Positions 11,853-22,456 of a stretch of DNA of 64,000 bases are shown piece by piece. Position numbers and translations under genes: made by a program. The notes beneath the pieces are model-generated. The model saw nothing but the letters and a program-made list of their open reading frames with translations, did no database searches and was not told the origin of the DNA. How positions within the stretch are numbered: position 1 is the stretch's first letter; every line of letters starts with the position of its first letter. The stretch comes from Alphaproteobacteria bacterium (GTDB lineage Bacteria; Pseudomonadota; Alphaproteobacteria; GM7ARS4; G965262615), in the NCBI GenBank assembly GCA_965262615.1, contig OZ253545.1, forward strand, positions 1,024,001-1,088,000, read 5' to 3'.

Positions 11853-12239
11853 ATGACAGGCAAGAGAGTCAGAGAAGCAAAAACGGCTGAGGCGCGCCTC
11901 AAGGCTTTGCGGGTGAGTCCGCAGAAGCTGGGCTTGGTGGCACAGCTCATTCGCGGGCGGCGGGTGGATGAGGCATTGCGTGTTTTGGCTTTTTCTAAAA
12001 AGCGCATTTCGTCTGATGTGGGACGAGTCTTGGAATCGGCCGTGGCGAATGCTGAGAATAATCACTCGTTGGATATAGACAATTTGCATGTGAGTCGTGT
12101 AGAAGTGGGTAAATCCGTGACGATGAAGCGATGGCGACCGCGAGCGCGTGGGCGGCTCGGGCGTTATCGTAAGTTTTTCTCTAACCTCGTGATTGTGGTC
12201 AAAGAGGGCGCGCCGCCTCGTCACAAAAAGGAATCGTGA
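11853..12239 (+). CDS. rplV: 50S ribosomal protein L22
   Basis: [30 protein letters not shown]. Confidence 0.98.
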   Translation: MTGKRVREAKTAEARLKALRVSPQKLGLVAQLIRGRRVDEALRVLAFSKKRISSDVGRVLESAVANAENNHSLDIDNLHVSRVEVGKSVTMKRWRPRARGRLGRYRKFFSNLVIVVKEGAPPRHKKES

Positions 12240-12242
12240 CCT

Positions 12243-12944
12243 ATGGGACAAAAGACCAATCCAATCGGTTTTCGGGTGGGATATCACCGCAATTGGGACT
12301 CTCGTTGGTTTGCCCTCAAGCGTGACTACGGAGAGATTTTGCGCGAGGACATCACCATTCGCCGTTTTTTGATGAAGCGTCTGGAGTCGGCGGGCATTGC
12401 GCGGGTGGTGATTGAGCGTCCTGCCGGCAAGGTGTATGTGACTCTGTATGCGGCGCGCCCTGGCGTGATTATCGGCAAGAAGGGCGGGGATATTGAAAAA
12501 TTGCGGCGCGCTCTCAATGATATGTCTCGCAATGAGGTGATGCTCAACATCATGGATATTCGCAAACCCGAGATTGAGGCGCGCTTGGTGGCTGATAACA
12601 TTGCCCGCCAGTTAGAAAAGCGGGTGTCGTTTCGGCGGGCTTTGAAGCGGGCGATTGCGTCTGCGACACGCTTAGGTGCGAGGGGAATTCGCGTCAATGT
12701 GGGCGGACGCTTAGGCGGAGCAGAGATTGCTCGCATGGAATGGCAGCGAGAAGGGCAAGTGCCTCTGCACAAATTGCGGGCGAACATTGATTATGGCACG
12801 GCAACGGCGTTTACCACTTATGGCACATGTGGTGTCAAGGTTTGGATTTACAAAGGGGATGTGCACAGCTCTGCTTTGGAGGATGAAAAGCCTGCCAAAG
12901 ACAAGGGCGATGAATCATCGGCTGCCACCGAGAAACAAGGATAA
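12243..12944 (+). CDS. rpsC: 30S ribosomal protein S3
   Basis: [31 protein letters not shown]. Confidence 0.99.
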   Translation: MGQKTNPIGFRVGYHRNWDSRWFALKRDYGEILREDITIRRFLMKRLESAGIARVVIERPAGKVYVTLYAARPGVIIGKKGGDIEKLRRALNDMSRNEVMLNIMDIRKPEIEARLVADNIARQLEKRVSFRRALKRAIASATRLGARGIRVNVGGRLGGAEIARMEWQREGQVPLHKLRANIDYGTATAFTTYGTCGVKVWIYKGDVHSSALEDEKPAKDKGDESSAATEKQG

Positions 12945-12949
12945 CCACG

Positions 12950-13363
12950 ATGCTTTCTCCCAAACGCACCAAATTCAGAAAAGCTCACAAGGGACGCATT
13001 CACGGCACGGCGACTCGCGGCTCGTCGGTGGTTTTCGGCGCGTATGGCATGAAGGCTGTTGCGCCTGCTCGGGTGACGGCTCGTCAAATTGAGGCATCTC
13101 GGCGCGCCATGACGCGCTGCTTGCGCCGCGCTGGCAAAATTTGGATTCGCGTTTTTCCTGATGTTCCCGTCACGCAAAAAGCGGCTGAGTCTCGTCAGGG
13201 CAAGGGCAAGGGGACGGTGGAATATTGGGTGTGTCGCGTGCGTCCTGGTCGCATTTTATTTGAAATTGATGGCGTGCCGCAACACATGGCAAAACTCGCT
13301 TTTTCATTGGCGGCGGCGAAATTGCCGATGGATGTCCGCTTTGTGGAACGGAAATCATTGTGA
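12950..13363 (+). CDS. rplP: 50S ribosomal protein L16
   Basis: [24 protein letters not shown]. Confidence 0.98.
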   Translation: MLSPKRTKFRKAHKGRIHGTATRGSSVVFGAYGMKAVAPARVTARQIEASRRAMTRCLRRAGKIWIRVFPDVPVTQKAAESRQGKGKGTVEYWVCRVRPGRILFEIDGVPQHMAKLAFSLAAAKLPMDVRFVERKSL

Positions 13364-13617
13364 TGAGCCTCAAACCTTCCGACATCAGAGCCATGACCGA
13401 TGATGAGATGGAGACATCTCTCAAGAAAATGGCGCGTGAGCGACTCAATGTGCGTTTTCGTCATGCGGCATCCGAAATGGAGGATACCTCTTCCATACGC
13501 AAGATGCGCCGCGATTATGCCCGTCTTTTGACCATTCGCTCTGAGCGGGCGCGCCAAGAAGCAAAATCAGAGACGCCAAAAACAGAGACGCCAAAACTAG
13601 AGAAGAATGATGCCTAA
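13363..13617 (+). CDS. rpmC: 50S ribosomal protein L29 with C-terminal extension
   Basis: [14 protein letters not shown]; position between rplP and rpsQ. Confidence 0.93.
   Translation: MSLKPSDIRAMTDDEMETSLKKMARERLNVRFRHAASEMEDTSSIRKMRRDYARLLTIRSERARQEAKSETPKTETPKLEKNDA
13568..13596 (+). repeat. 15-bp tandem duplication in the rpmC tail (ETPK x2)
   Basis: CAGAGACGCCAAAA at 13568 and 13583. Confidence 0.8.
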
Positions 13618-13846
13618 ACGAATGATGGAAGGAATTGTGGTGAGTGACAAGGCGGATAAAACCGTCCTTGTGCTGGTGGAGCGGTTTATTTTGCATCCTC
13701 TTTACAAGAAGTATATTCGCCGCCGCAAGAAGTATGCCGCTCATGATGAGAGCAATCGCTACAAAATGGGCGATCGGGTTGTCATTGAAGAGAGTCCACC
13801 GTTCTCCAAGCGTAAGTCTTGGAGAGTCATCAGGAAGCAGTCATGA
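13610..13846 (+). CDS. rpsQ: 30S ribosomal protein S17
   Basis: [25 protein letters not shown]. Confidence 0.97.
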   Translation: MPKRMMEGIVVSDKADKTVLVLVERFILHPLYKKYIRRRKKYAAHDESNRYKMGDRVVIEESPPFSKRKSWRVIRKQS

Positions 13847-14211
13847 TTCAGATGGGAAGCCAGTTGCGGGTGGCGGATAATTCGGGCGCGCGCCTTGTGG
13901 AATGCATCAAGGTTCTGGGCGGTTCAAAACGCCGTTTTGCCTTTATTGGCGATGTGATTGTGGTGTCGGTCAAGGTTGCCATTCCGCGCTCGCGGGTGCA
14001 AAAGGGACAGGTTCATAAAGCGGTGATTGTGCGCACCGCTAAGGCTCTCAATCGGGTTGATGGCTCTGCAATTCGCTTTGATCAAAATGCCGCGGTGCTC
14101 ATCAATGAGACCGGTGAGCCTTTGGGAACGCGTATTTTTGGTCCTGTCACGCGAGAGCTGCGCGCCAAGCGGTATATGAAAATCATCTCGCTGGCACCTG
14201 AGGTCTTGTGA
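13843..14211 (+). CDS. rplN: 50S ribosomal protein L14
   Basis: [26 protein letters not shown]. Confidence 0.99.
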   Translation: MIQMGSQLRVADNSGARLVECIKVLGGSKRRFAFIGDVIVVSVKVAIPRSRVQKGQVHKAVIVRTAKALNRVDGSAIRFDQNAAVLINETGEPLGTRIFGPVTRELRAKRYMKIISLAPEVL

Positions 14212-14555
14212 TGGCGCGCCCGCTGACACGGCATCATGGCATGAAGTGGAAGATTCGCCGCGGCGATCGCGTGCAGGTCATCTGTGGGCGCGACAAGGGC
14301 AAGCGAGGAGACATTTTGGCGGTGGATAAAAAACGCGAGCGGGTTCTTGTGCAGGGAGTGCAGATGGTGAAGCGTCATCAAAAGCAGTCGGTGCAATCTC
14401 AGGGGGGCATTGAGGAAAAGGAGTCTTACATCCATGTATCCAATGTGGCTTTGATTGACCCCAAAGAAGACAAGCCCACCCGCACAGGGGTGCGCTTTTT
14501 GCAAGACGGCGGCAAAAAACGCTTTGCTCGCAAATCAGGGGAGATTATTGACTGA
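14211..14555 (+). CDS. rplX: 50S ribosomal protein L24
   Basis: [24 protein letters not shown]; alternative start 14241. Confidence 0.97.
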   Translation: MARPLTRHHGMKWKIRRGDRVQVICGRDKGKRGDILAVDKKRERVLVQGVQMVKRHQKQSVQSQGGIEEKESYIHVSNVALIDPKEDKPTRTGVRFLQDGGKKRFARKSGEIID

Positions 14556-14557
14556 CC

Positions 14558-15097
14558 ATGACGCGCCTGCAAGAGACATACAACAAAGAGATTCGCACCG
14601 CATTGCAGAAGGAATTGCAATTGCCTAATGTCATGCAGGTGCCGCGTCTTGAGAAGGTGGTGCTCAGCATGGGGGTGGGCATGGCGCGCGATGACAAAAA
14701 ACATCTCAGTGCCGCCATCAACGATTTGACCAAAATCTCTGGACAAAAACCCATGACCACCACAGCGCGCAAATCCATTGCCACCTTCAAATTACGCAAA
14801 GGCATGGCGATTGGATGCAAGGTGACGCTGCGGCATCATCGGATGTATGAGTTTATGGATCGCTTGGTGAACATTGCCTTGCCGCGGGTGCGAGATTTTC
14901 ACGGCTTGTCTCCTAAGGGATTTGATGGCAGAGGCAATTTTTCCTTTGGCATTAAGGAGCAGCTGGTGTTTCCTGAAATTGATTACGATTCCATCGATCG
15001 CGTGCGCGGCTTTAATGTGGTGATTGTCACCAGTGCCTCTGATAATGACAGTGCACAAGCGTTGTTGCGTTATTTTCATATACCCTTTATGAGTTAG
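14558..15097 (+). CDS. rplE: 50S ribosomal protein L5
   Basis: [31 protein letters not shown]. Confidence 0.99.
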   Translation: MTRLQETYNKEIRTALQKELQLPNVMQVPRLEKVVLSMGVGMARDDKKHLSAAINDLTKISGQKPMTTTARKSIATFKLRKGMAIGCKVTLRHHRMYEFMDRLVNIALPRVRDFHGLSPKGFDGRGNFSFGIKEQLVFPEIDYDSIDRVRGFNVVIVTSASDNDSAQALLRYFHIPFMS

Positions 15098-15107
15098 GAG
15101 TTGGATT

Positions 15108-15413
15108 ATGGCGCGCAAGGGGATTATTGAACGAAATGAAAAACGTCGGCGTTTGTGTCGGCGTTATGAGGCGCGCCGCGCGTCTTTGAAAAAGCAGATT
15201 TACGATAAGAACTTGAGCGATGAGGAGCGATTTCGTCTGGCATTGCGTTTGTCATTATTGCCTCGTGATTCCTCTCGGGTGCGTTTGCGCCGCCGCTGTG
15301 CCATGACGGGACGCGGGCGTGGCACTTATCGCCGTTTTGGCTTATCTCGCCTTGTGTTGCGGGAGATGGCATCGTTCGGTCAAGTTCCCGGTGTGGTGCG
15401 CTCCAGTTGGTGA
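15108..15413 (+). CDS. rpsN: 30S ribosomal protein S14 (long, non-zinc type)
   Basis: LPRDSS, RCAMTGR, PGVVRSSW; 101 aa. Confidence 0.97.
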   Translation: MARKGIIERNEKRRRLCRRYEARRASLKKQIYDKNLSDEERFRLALRLSLLPRDSSRVRLRRRCAMTGRGRGTYRRFGLSRLVLREMASFGQVPGVVRSSW

Positions 15414-15417
15414 TGCC

Positions 15418-15816
15418 ATGACAATGACCGATCCACTCGCTGATATGCTGACGCGCATTCGCAATGGGCAAGATGCTCATAAGGAGACGGTGCGCTGTTC
15501 TTTTTCGCGTCTGCGCATGGAGGTGCTGCGGGTGCTCAAGGAAGAGGGATACATCACCGATTATCGCCAAGAAAAAGATGACAGAGGCATCGCGTTTTTA
15601 GAAATCACGCTGAAGTATTATGAAGGGGCGGGCGTGATTCAGGAGATTGCCCGAGTGTCTCGTCCGGGCAGGCGGGTTTATTGTGATGTTTCGTCTTTGC
15701 CGCATGTTTATTCGGGGTTGGGGACGGCGATTTTATCCACCTCCAGTGGCGTGATGTCGGATGCTCACGCCCGTGAGCAATCGGTGGGCGGCGAATTTTT
15801 GTGTCGGGTGTTTTGA
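15418..15816 (+). CDS. rpsH: 30S ribosomal protein S8
   Basis: DPLADMLTRIRN, SRPGRRVY, GGE. Confidence 0.98.
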   Translation: MTMTDPLADMLTRIRNGQDAHKETVRCSFSRLRMEVLRVLKEEGYITDYRQEKDDRGIAFLEITLKYYEGAGVIQEIARVSRPGRRVYCDVSSLPHVYSGLGTAILSTSSGVMSDAHAREQSVGGEFLCRVF

Positions 15817-15818
15817 TT

Positions 15819-16352
15819 ATGTCGCGTGTGGGAAAGACAATCATTGCCATTCCTCAAGGCACACAGGTGACCCTTGCAGGACAGCAAGTGACGGCTGCCG
15901 GCAAGCTGGGCTCACTCACCTATCGCTTGCCTCATGACATTGAATTGAATCGGGAGGGTGAATCATTGCAATTGGTGCCGCGTCATCTCAGTCGGCGCAG
16001 CCGCTCGCTGTGGGGGACGGCTCGCGCGAGGGTGGCAAACATTGTGGAAGGCGTGAGCAATGGCTTTCGGCTTTTCATTGTGGTGGAGGGCGTTGGCTAT
16101 CGCGCGCAAAAAAAGGGCAATGATTTGGTTATTCAGGCGGGCTACAGCCATGATGTGGTGATGACGCCTCCCGAAGGCGTGACGGTGGAGTGTCCCTCTG
16201 CCAATGAGATTGAGGTTTTTGGCAGTGACAAGCAGCTGGTGGGACAATTTGCCGCTCTCATCTGTAAGGTGCGTCCGCCTGAACCCTACAAAGGCAAGGG
16301 AATCCGATTGAAAGAGCGGGTGATTGTGCGTAAAGAAGGAAAGAAGAAGTAA
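15819..16352 (+). CDS. rplF: 50S ribosomal protein L6
   Basis: [23 protein letters not shown]. Confidence 0.98.
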   Translation: MSRVGKTIIAIPQGTQVTLAGQQVTAAGKLGSLTYRLPHDIELNREGESLQLVPRHLSRRSRSLWGTARARVANIVEGVSNGFRLFIVVEGVGYRAQKKGNDLVIQAGYSHDVVMTPPEGVTVECPSANEIEVFGSDKQLVGQFAALICKVRPPEPYKGKGIRLKERVIVRKEGKKK

Positions 16353-16353
16353 C

Positions 16354-16719
16354 ATGGATGTGCGGGAACTTCAGAGACGACATCGCCGCCGCGCTCGGGT
16401 GCGCTACCGCTTGTTGCGTCATAACAACGGCTTGCCGCGTCTCAGTGTTCATCGCAGTCATCGTCACATGTATGCTCAGATTATTGATGATGCCAAAGGC
16501 GAGACTCTTGTTGCGGCATCAACGCTGGAGAAAGATGTGCGCGCGGCGTTTGCCCGTGGCAGCAACAAAGAGGCGGCATCACACATTGGCACATTGATTG
16601 CTCAGCGCGCTGTTGAGAAAAAAATCACAAAGGTGATTTTTGACAGAGGATTATACCGCTATCATGGACGAGTGCGCGCCGTGGCGGAAGCCTCTCGTGC
16701 CGCCGGATTACAGTGTTAG
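16354..16719 (+). CDS. rplR: 50S ribosomal protein L18
   Basis: [27 protein letters not shown]. Confidence 0.98.
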   Translation: MDVRELQRRHRRRARVRYRLLRHNNGLPRLSVHRSHRHMYAQIIDDAKGETLVAASTLEKDVRAAFARGSNKEAASHIGTLIAQRAVEKKITKVIFDRGLYRYHGRVRAVAEASRAAGLQC

Positions 16720-16725
16720 GATGAG

Positions 16726-17472
16726 ATGATGAACGAAACAGAGATGCCAACAAAAGAAAAGTCTGAACAAAAGACCGTTTCTCCCAATGCCGCGTCAGCT
16801 CCTCCCCCCAAAGGGAGGGATGATTCTGCTCGCGGCAAGCGTGGTCGTGGCGGACGCGGTCAATCTCGTGATGAGGATGATGGTTTGTTGGATCGGTTGG
16901 TTTCGGTCAATCGTGTGGCGAAGGTTGTCAAAGGCGGTCGGCGTTTTGGTTTTGCGGCACTGGTGGTGGTGGGAGACGGCAATGGCAAAGTGGGGCATGG
17001 CAATGGCAAGGCAAAGGAAATATCTGAAGCCATTCGCAAAGCCACCGAAAAGGCAAAACACATGATGATGCGTGTTCCTCTGCGACAGGGACGCACCTTG
17101 CACTATGACATGAAAGGACGCTATGGCGCGGGCAAGGTGGTGTTGCGTGCTGCGCCACCGGGCACGGGAATCATTGCGGGCGGTCCCATGCGGGCGATTT
17201 TTGAGGTGTTGGGGGTTGAGGATGTGGTCACCAAATCAATTGGCACATCCAATCCTCACAACATGATTCGTGCCACCTTTGCGGCGTTTCGTTCGGTGCG
17301 TGCACCCCGTGTGATTGCCGCCAAGCGCGGCATCACCATGAAAGAACTCGCCACACGGCGCGATGACTTGATGAAGCAGGTCAAAGCACCTGTCACCAAA
17401 GAAGAAAAGAAAAAAGCCAAACCCCCTGCCAAAAAAACGCCTCAAAGTGCTAAGCCAGCGAAGAAATCATGA
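16726..17472 (+). CDS. rpsE: 30S ribosomal protein S5 with N- and C-terminal extensions
   Basis: [23 protein letters not shown]. Confidence 0.98.
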   Translation: MMNETEMPTKEKSEQKTVSPNAASAPPPKGRDDSARGKRGRGGRGQSRDEDDGLLDRLVSVNRVAKVVKGGRRFGFAALVVVGDGNGKVGHGNGKAKEISEAIRKATEKAKHMMMRVPLRQGRTLHYDMKGRYGAGKVVLRAAPPGTGIIAGGPMRAIFEVLGVEDVVTKSIGTSNPHNMIRATFAAFRSVRAPRVIAAKRGITMKELATRRDDLMKQVKAPVTKEEKKKAKPPAKKTPQSAKPAKKS

Positions 17473-17663
17473 CCAAGCCGTGGATTATCAAACAGGTGAA
17501 AAGCAGTCACGGACGCATGCGCCGCCAGCGTGCCAGCCTGGTGGGATTGGGATTGGGACGCATCGGCAAAGTCAGCACGCGCCAAGATTCCGCCGCCATT
17601 CGCGGCATGATTGCAAAAGTGCGTCATCTCATCGCCATTGAACAAGAGGGAGGTGAGTCATGA
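17469..17663 (+). CDS. rpmD: 50S ribosomal protein L30
   Basis: [21 protein letters not shown]; position between rpsE and rplO. Confidence 0.95.
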   Translation: MTKPWIIKQVKSSHGRMRRQRASLVGLGLGRIGKVSTRQDSAAIRGMIAKVRHLIAIEQEGGES

Positions 17664-18151
17664 TCAAGCTCAATCAGCTGCGCGAACAAAACGGTGCCCG
17701 TCCCACCAGCAAACGACTGGGGCGAGGGCATGGCTCCGGCAAGGGCAAGACATCAGGGCGAGGACATAAAGGATACAAGTCGCGAGCGGGCTCTGCCGTC
17801 AAGGGATTTGAGGGCGGACAAATGCCACTTCACATGCGGTTGCCCAAAAGAGGATTTCGCAACATTTTCGCCAAACGACTCACTGAAGTCACCATGAGTC
17901 GTCTCAATCAGGCATTGGCAAAGGGAGTCATCAAAGCGGGGGAGGCACTGGACGAGGCGGCGTTATTGGAACGCACAATTGTGCGCCGCACGCGAGACGG
18001 CATTCGCCTCATTGGCAATGATGAAGTGACGGCTTCATTGCAATTGACGGTCTCTCAAGCATCATCGGGTGCGGTGGCGGCAATTGAAAAAGCGGGCGGC
18101 AGTGTCACGGTGACAGACCCAAAGACTGACAACACAGAGGAGAATTCCTAA
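17660..18151 (+). CDS. rplO: 50S ribosomal protein L15
   Basis: GRGHGSGKGKTSGRGHKG, GFEGGQMPL. Confidence 0.98.
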   Translation: MIKLNQLREQNGARPTSKRLGRGHGSGKGKTSGRGHKGYKSRAGSAVKGFEGGQMPLHMRLPKRGFRNIFAKRLTEVTMSRLNQALAKGVIKAGEALDEAALLERTIVRRTRDGIRLIGNDEVTASLQLTVSQASSGAVAAIEKAGGSVTVTDPKTDNTEENS

Positions 18152-19494
18152 TGGCGACTCTTGCCGAAAAAATGGCAGCCAATCTCAATCTGTCGGTGCT
18201 TGCTAAAGCGGAGACTTTGAAAAGGCGTCTGTGGTTCACTTTGGGGGCTTTGGTGATTTATCGCTTTGGCTCTTATGTGCCCATCCCCGGCATTGACCCA
18301 GCCGCCCTTGAGCAGATTTTTGAACAGAACGCCGGCGGTATTTTGGGCATGTTTGATATGTTCGCTGGCGGCGCACTGGGACGCATGACCATCTTTGCCC
18401 TTAATATCATTCCTTACATTTCTGCGTCTATTATCATGCAGCTGATGATGGCGGCATCGCCTCAGTTGGGTCAGTTGAAAAAAGAGGGGGAGAGCGGACG
18501 CAAAAAAATCAATCAATACACTCGTTACGGCACGGTGTTTTTGGCATCATTTCAGTCTTTGGGCATTGCCATTGGCTTGGAGAATCTGCCCGGTCCTTTG
18601 GGCTATGCGGTGATTGATCCGGGTGTGTTTTTTCGCATCTCCACAGTGATTACCCTTGTGGGAGGGACGATGTTTCTGGTGTGGCTGGGTGAGCAAATCA
18701 CGCAGCGTGGTGTTGGCAACGGCATTTCTTTGATTATTTTTGCGGGCATTGTCGCCAATCTGCCATCTGCCTTGTTGGGAACGCTGGAATTGGGACGCAC
18801 CGGAGCGTTCTCTATGGCTTTTTTGCTGGGATTTTTTCTGATGGCATTGCTGGTGATTGGCTTCATCATTTTTATGGAGCGAGGACAAAGACGCTTGCTG
18901 GTGCAGTATCCCAAGCGTCAGGTGGGCAATCGCATGATGGGAGGGGATAACACCCATTTGCCCCTCAAATTGAACAGCTCCGGTGTGATTCCGCCGATTT
19001 TTGCCAGTTCTTTGTTGCTATTGCCGGCATCGGTGGCGGGATTTCAAGCGGCGGGCGGTCCCGATTGGCTTTATGATTTTTCCACCATTTTGAGCCCGGG
19101 GCAGCCTGTGTATATGTCTCTTTATGTTGCCTTGATTATTTTCTTTGCCTTCTTTTACACGGCGATTGTGGTCAATCCTGAGGACACGGCAGAGAATTTG
19201 CGCAAGAATGGCGGCTATATTCCGGGCATTCGCCCTGGAGCGGGGACGGCGGATTATTTGGATCGCATTTTGACTCGTCTGACGGTGGTGGGGTCAATTT
19301 ATTTGGCATTGGTGTGTTTGTTGCCCGAGATGCTGATTGCTCGCTATTCTGTTCCATTTTATTTTGGCGGCACATCGTTGCTCATTATTGTGACGGTGAC
19401 CATGGACACGGTGGCTCAGGTTCAGTCTCATTTGATTGCTCATCAATATGAGGGCTTGCTGCGCAAATCACGCTTGCGAGGCGCGCGACGGTGA
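18151..19494 (+). CDS. secY: Preprotein translocase subunit SecY
   Basis: IPYISASIIMQL, WLGEQIT, GNGISL, IPGIRPG, GGTSLLI. Confidence 0.99.
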   Translation: MATLAEKMAANLNLSVLAKAETLKRRLWFTLGALVIYRFGSYVPIPGIDPAALEQIFEQNAGGILGMFDMFAGGALGRMTIFALNIIPYISASIIMQLMMAASPQLGQLKKEGESGRKKINQYTRYGTVFLASFQSLGIAIGLENLPGPLGYAVIDPGVFFRISTVITLVGGTMFLVWLGEQITQRGVGNGISLIIFAGIVANLPSALLGTLELGRTGAFSMAFLLGFFLMALLVIGFIIFMERGQRRLLVQYPKRQVGNRMMGGDNTHLPLKLNSSGVIPPIFASSLLLLPASVAGFQAAGGPDWLYDFSTILSPGQPVYMSLYVALIIFFAFFYTAIVVNPEDTAENLRKNGGYIPGIRPGAGTADYLDRILTRLTVVGSIYLALVCLLPEMLIARYSVPFYFGGTSLLIIVTVTMDTVAQVQSHLIAHQYEGLLRKSRLRGARR

Positions 19495-20045
19495 ATATTG
19501 TCTTGATGGGCGCGCCCGGTGCCGGCAAAGGAACGCAAGCCACGGCTTTGGTGAGCCGTTATCATTTGCAGTCACTGGCAACGGGTGATTTGTTGCGCTC
19601 TGCGGTGGATGAAGGAACGCCTTTGGGATTGCAAATCGCCGCCACTTTGGAAGCCGGAGATTTGGTGAATGATGACACCGTCATTCAATTGATTGCCTCT
19701 CGTGTGCAAGGGGGCAACGGCAATTTTTTGTTTGACGGGTTTCCCCGCACATTGGGGCAGGCTCAAGCATTGAATCAATTGCTTGAAGAACACGGTCTGG
19801 CTTTGCAGGCGGTGATTTTTTTGCAGGTGTCGGATTCTCTTGTGGTGGAGCGTTTGTTGGCCCGTGGACGCAATGATGATGAAGAGGAGGTGATTCGTCA
19901 TCGCCTCCACACCTATTATGAGAAAACCGCACCCTTGCGTGACTATTACGAAGCGAAAAATCTTGCTGTCACCATTGACGGTGAGGGCAGTGTGGAGGCT
20001 GTGGGCACGCGTCTTTATGAATTTGTTGATGGTTTGGGTGATTGA
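19491..20045 (+). CDS. adk: Adenylate kinase (short-LID type)
   Basis: GAPGAGKGTQ, TGDLLR, DGFPRT, RNDD; 184 aa. Confidence 0.97.
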   Translation: MNIVLMGAPGAGKGTQATALVSRYHLQSLATGDLLRSAVDEGTPLGLQIAATLEAGDLVNDDTVIQLIASRVQGGNGNFLFDGFPRTLGQAQALNQLLEEHGLALQAVIFLQVSDSLVVERLLARGRNDDEEEVIRHRLHTYYEKTAPLRDYYEAKNLAVTIDGEGSVEAVGTRLYEFVDGLGD

Positions 20046-20072
20046 CTTTGAGGAAAGTTTTTTGCATATCAT
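20042..20072 (+). promoter_or_regulatory. Putative alpha-operon promoter
   Basis: TTGACT at 20042 followed by CATATC/TATCAT in the AT-rich gap before rpsM; GGAGG SD. Confidence 0.45.
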
Positions 20073-20099
20073 ATCTATTCTTTGTTTTTATGGAGGTGC

Positions 20100-20474
20100 A
20101 TGGTGGCACGGATAGCGGGAATTAACATTCCAACGCAAAAGCGTTTGGTTGTGGCTTTGACCTATATTCATGGAATTGGGTCAAAGCGCAGTGCCGATGT
20201 GTGTGTGGCGGCGGGACTTGACGGCTCGACGCGCGTGAGCCAGCTGGGTGAAGAACAGGTGATAAAGCTGCGGGAGATTATTGAAAAAGATCAGATGGTG
20301 GAAGGAGATCTCCGCAGAGAGACCGCAATGAATTTGAAGCGCATGATGGATATTGGTTGCTATAGAGGTTTGCGTCATCGCAAGGGTTTGCCTGTGCGTG
20401 GACAGCGCACGCACACCAATGCCCGCACCCGCAGAGGACGAGCCGTGCCCATTGCCGGCAAGAAGAAGGCATAA
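20100..20474 (+). CDS. rpsM: 30S ribosomal protein S13
   Basis: [26 protein letters not shown]. Confidence 0.99.
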   Translation: MVARIAGINIPTQKRLVVALTYIHGIGSKRSADVCVAAGLDGSTRVSQLGEEQVIKLREIIEKDQMVEGDLRRETAMNLKRMMDIGCYRGLRHRKGLPVRGQRTHTNARTRRGRAVPIAGKKKA

Positions 20475-20477
20475 TCC

Positions 20478-20849
20478 ATGGCAGTCAAGAAGAAAATCAA
20501 TACGGGACCCGCTGCGATCGCTCATATTCGCGCGAGCTTCAATAACACCATTGTCACCATTACCGATTCCAAAGGACAGACCCTCACATGGGCATCCGCG
20601 GGCACGCAAGGATACAAGGGAGCTCGTAAATCCACTCCCTATGCCGCTCAGATGGCGGCTGAAGAGGCGGGGAGAAAAGCCATGGACATGGGGGTCAAAT
20701 ACCTTGATGTCATGATCAATGGCCCGGGCGCAGGCAGGGAATCGGCTTTGCGTGTTCTCAACGCTATTGGGCTCTCCATTAAAACCATTCGCGATGTGAC
20801 ACCCATTCCTCATAATGGGTGTCGTCCCCCCAAACGGCGGCGCGTCTGA
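20478..20849 (+). CDS. rpsK: 30S ribosomal protein S11
   Basis: [32 protein letters not shown]. Confidence 0.99.
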   Translation: MAVKKKINTGPAAIAHIRASFNNTIVTITDSKGQTLTWASAGTQGYKGARKSTPYAAQMAAEEAGRKAMDMGVKYLDVMINGPGAGRESALRVLNAIGLSIKTIRDVTPIPHNGCRPPKRRRV

Positions 20850-20870
20850 TTCATCACACGAAGGAACACC

Positions 20871-21920
20871 ATGGAGCAACATCACGATATTTTGCAAAAG
20901 AATTGGACTGAACTGATCAAGCCCAAAAAGATAGGGGTGAAGAATTTGCTTGGCAAAGAGGTCAGTCACGGAGCGCAATTGGTTATTCAACCGTTGGAGC
21001 GGGGATTTGGTCATACTTTGGGCAATGCGTTGCGTCGGGTTTTGTTGTCATCGTTACAGGGGGCGGCGATCACCAGCGTCAAGATTGACAAGGTGCAGCA
21101 CGAATTCTCAAACATTGAGGGTGTCCATGAGGATGTCACCGATATCATTCTCAATTTGAAAACACTGCCTTTGAAGATGAACAGTGACCAGGTCGTCAAG
21201 GTGATGCTCTCTGCCAAGAAAGCAGGAGCGGTCACCGCCGCCGCCATTGAGGAGAAATCCCAATTGCAAATTCTCAATAAGAAGCATCACATTTGCACGC
21301 TGGATCGCAATATTGATTTGTCTATGGAGCTCACGGTGGAGATGGGAAAGGGATATGTGTCGGCACAGAGCGTGCCACGCGATGAGAACATGCCCATTGG
21401 TGTTATTATGGTGGATGCGTTGTTTTCTCCTGTGCGTCGGGTGCGCTATCATGTGGAGAATGCCCGTGTGGGACAGATGACCGATTATGACAAGCTCATC
21501 ATGGAGGTGGATACCGATGGCACGGTGTCTCCTGAGGATGCCATTGGGCTCGCGGCTCGTATTTTGCAAGAACAGCTTCAATTGCTGGTGAATTTTGATG
21601 ATCCCGCCGTCAAAAGTGAAGAAGCCAGCGATCGCGGTTTGGGCTTTGATAAGTGGCTGTTGCGCACGGTGGATGACTTGGAGCTATCGGTGCGAGCCTA
21701 TAATTGTCTCAAACATGAGGGGATTTTCTACATTGGCGACTTGGTGCGAAAAACCGAGCTTGCCATGCTGCAAACGCCGAATTTTGGACGCAAATCTCTC
21801 AATGAAATCAAGGATAAACTCAAAGAGCGGGGCTTGTTTTTGGGCATGGAAGTGGAAGAATGGCCTCCTGAGAATTTAGAAGAGCTGGCTCGTAAGATTA
21901 AGATTGAGGAGACTTATTGA
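20871..21920 (+). CDS. rpoA: RNA polymerase subunit alpha
   Basis: [38 protein letters not shown]. Confidence 0.99.
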   Translation: MEQHHDILQKNWTELIKPKKIGVKNLLGKEVSHGAQLVIQPLERGFGHTLGNALRRVLLSSLQGAAITSVKIDKVQHEFSNIEGVHEDVTDIILNLKTLPLKMNSDQVVKVMLSAKKAGAVTAAAIEEKSQLQILNKKHHICTLDRNIDLSMELTVEMGKGYVSAQSVPRDENMPIGVIMVDALFSPVRRVRYHVENARVGQMTDYDKLIMEVDTDGTVSPEDAIGLAARILQEQLQLLVNFDDPAVKSEEASDRGLGFDKWLLRTVDDLELSVRAYNCLKHEGIFYIGDLVRKTELAMLQTPNFGRKSLNEIKDKLKERGLFLGMEVEEWPPENLEELARKIKIEETY

Positions 21921-22456
21921 TGCGCCATCGTCTTCGGCAAGTAAAGTTGAATCGGACGAAGTCTCATCGGGATGCGATGTTTGCCAATATGGCGGTGTCT
22001 TTGATTATCCATGAGCAGATTAAAACCACTGTGGCGAAGGCGAAGGCTTTGCGCCCACAGGTGGAGCGTTTGGTGACGGCGGCAAAGAAGGGGCGTCTTC
22101 ACGATCGCAGGCGGGCAACGGCGTTTTTGCAAGATGATGCGTGTGTGCGCAAACTGATGGATGTGTTGGCGGAGCGTTATCGTCAGCGAGCGGGCGGCTA
22201 TCTTCGCATTATGCGCGCAGGGCATCGGTATGGTGATTATGCACCGATGGCTTATATTGAATTTGTCGACCGAGATGGAGAGGCGAAAGGCGCGGCGGAT
22301 TTGGCGAGAGTTCAAGAAAGCGGCAAGGAATCATCCGGCGGTGAGGAGCGCGCTTCTTCGGAAACAGAAAACAAATCAACGCCACAAAAGAAGAAGAGTG
22401 GATTATTCAATTTCATGCGTGGCTCAGACGATGACAAGAAGCCCTCATCGACATGA
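21920..22456 (+). CDS. rplQ: 50S ribosomal protein L17 with long C-terminal extension
   Basis: [26 protein letters not shown]. Confidence 0.98.
   Translation: MRHRLRQVKLNRTKSHRDAMFANMAVSLIIHEQIKTTVAKAKALRPQVERLVTAAKKGRLHDRRRATAFLQDDACVRKLMDVLAERYRQRAGGYLRIMRAGHRYGDYAPMAYIEFVDRDGEAKGAADLARVQESGKESSGGEERASSETENKSTPQKKKSGLFNFMRGSDDDKKPSST

Noticed and set aside
4966-21014. Long antisense ORFs (4966-5760, 10712-11548, 20181-21014 and others)
   Set aside because: Shadows of conserved ribosomal/translation genes; no recognisable motifs
19491-21920. No rpmJ, infA or rpsD in the spc/alpha cluster; short Adk
   Set aside because: Common in Alphaproteobacteria
22161-22430. Long N-terminal extensions in the ORF track (rarA, scpA from 40500, ugd to 49743, mltB from 56254, dacA from 58097)
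   Set aside because: Longest-ORF artefacts overlapping neighbouring genes; homology starts downstream
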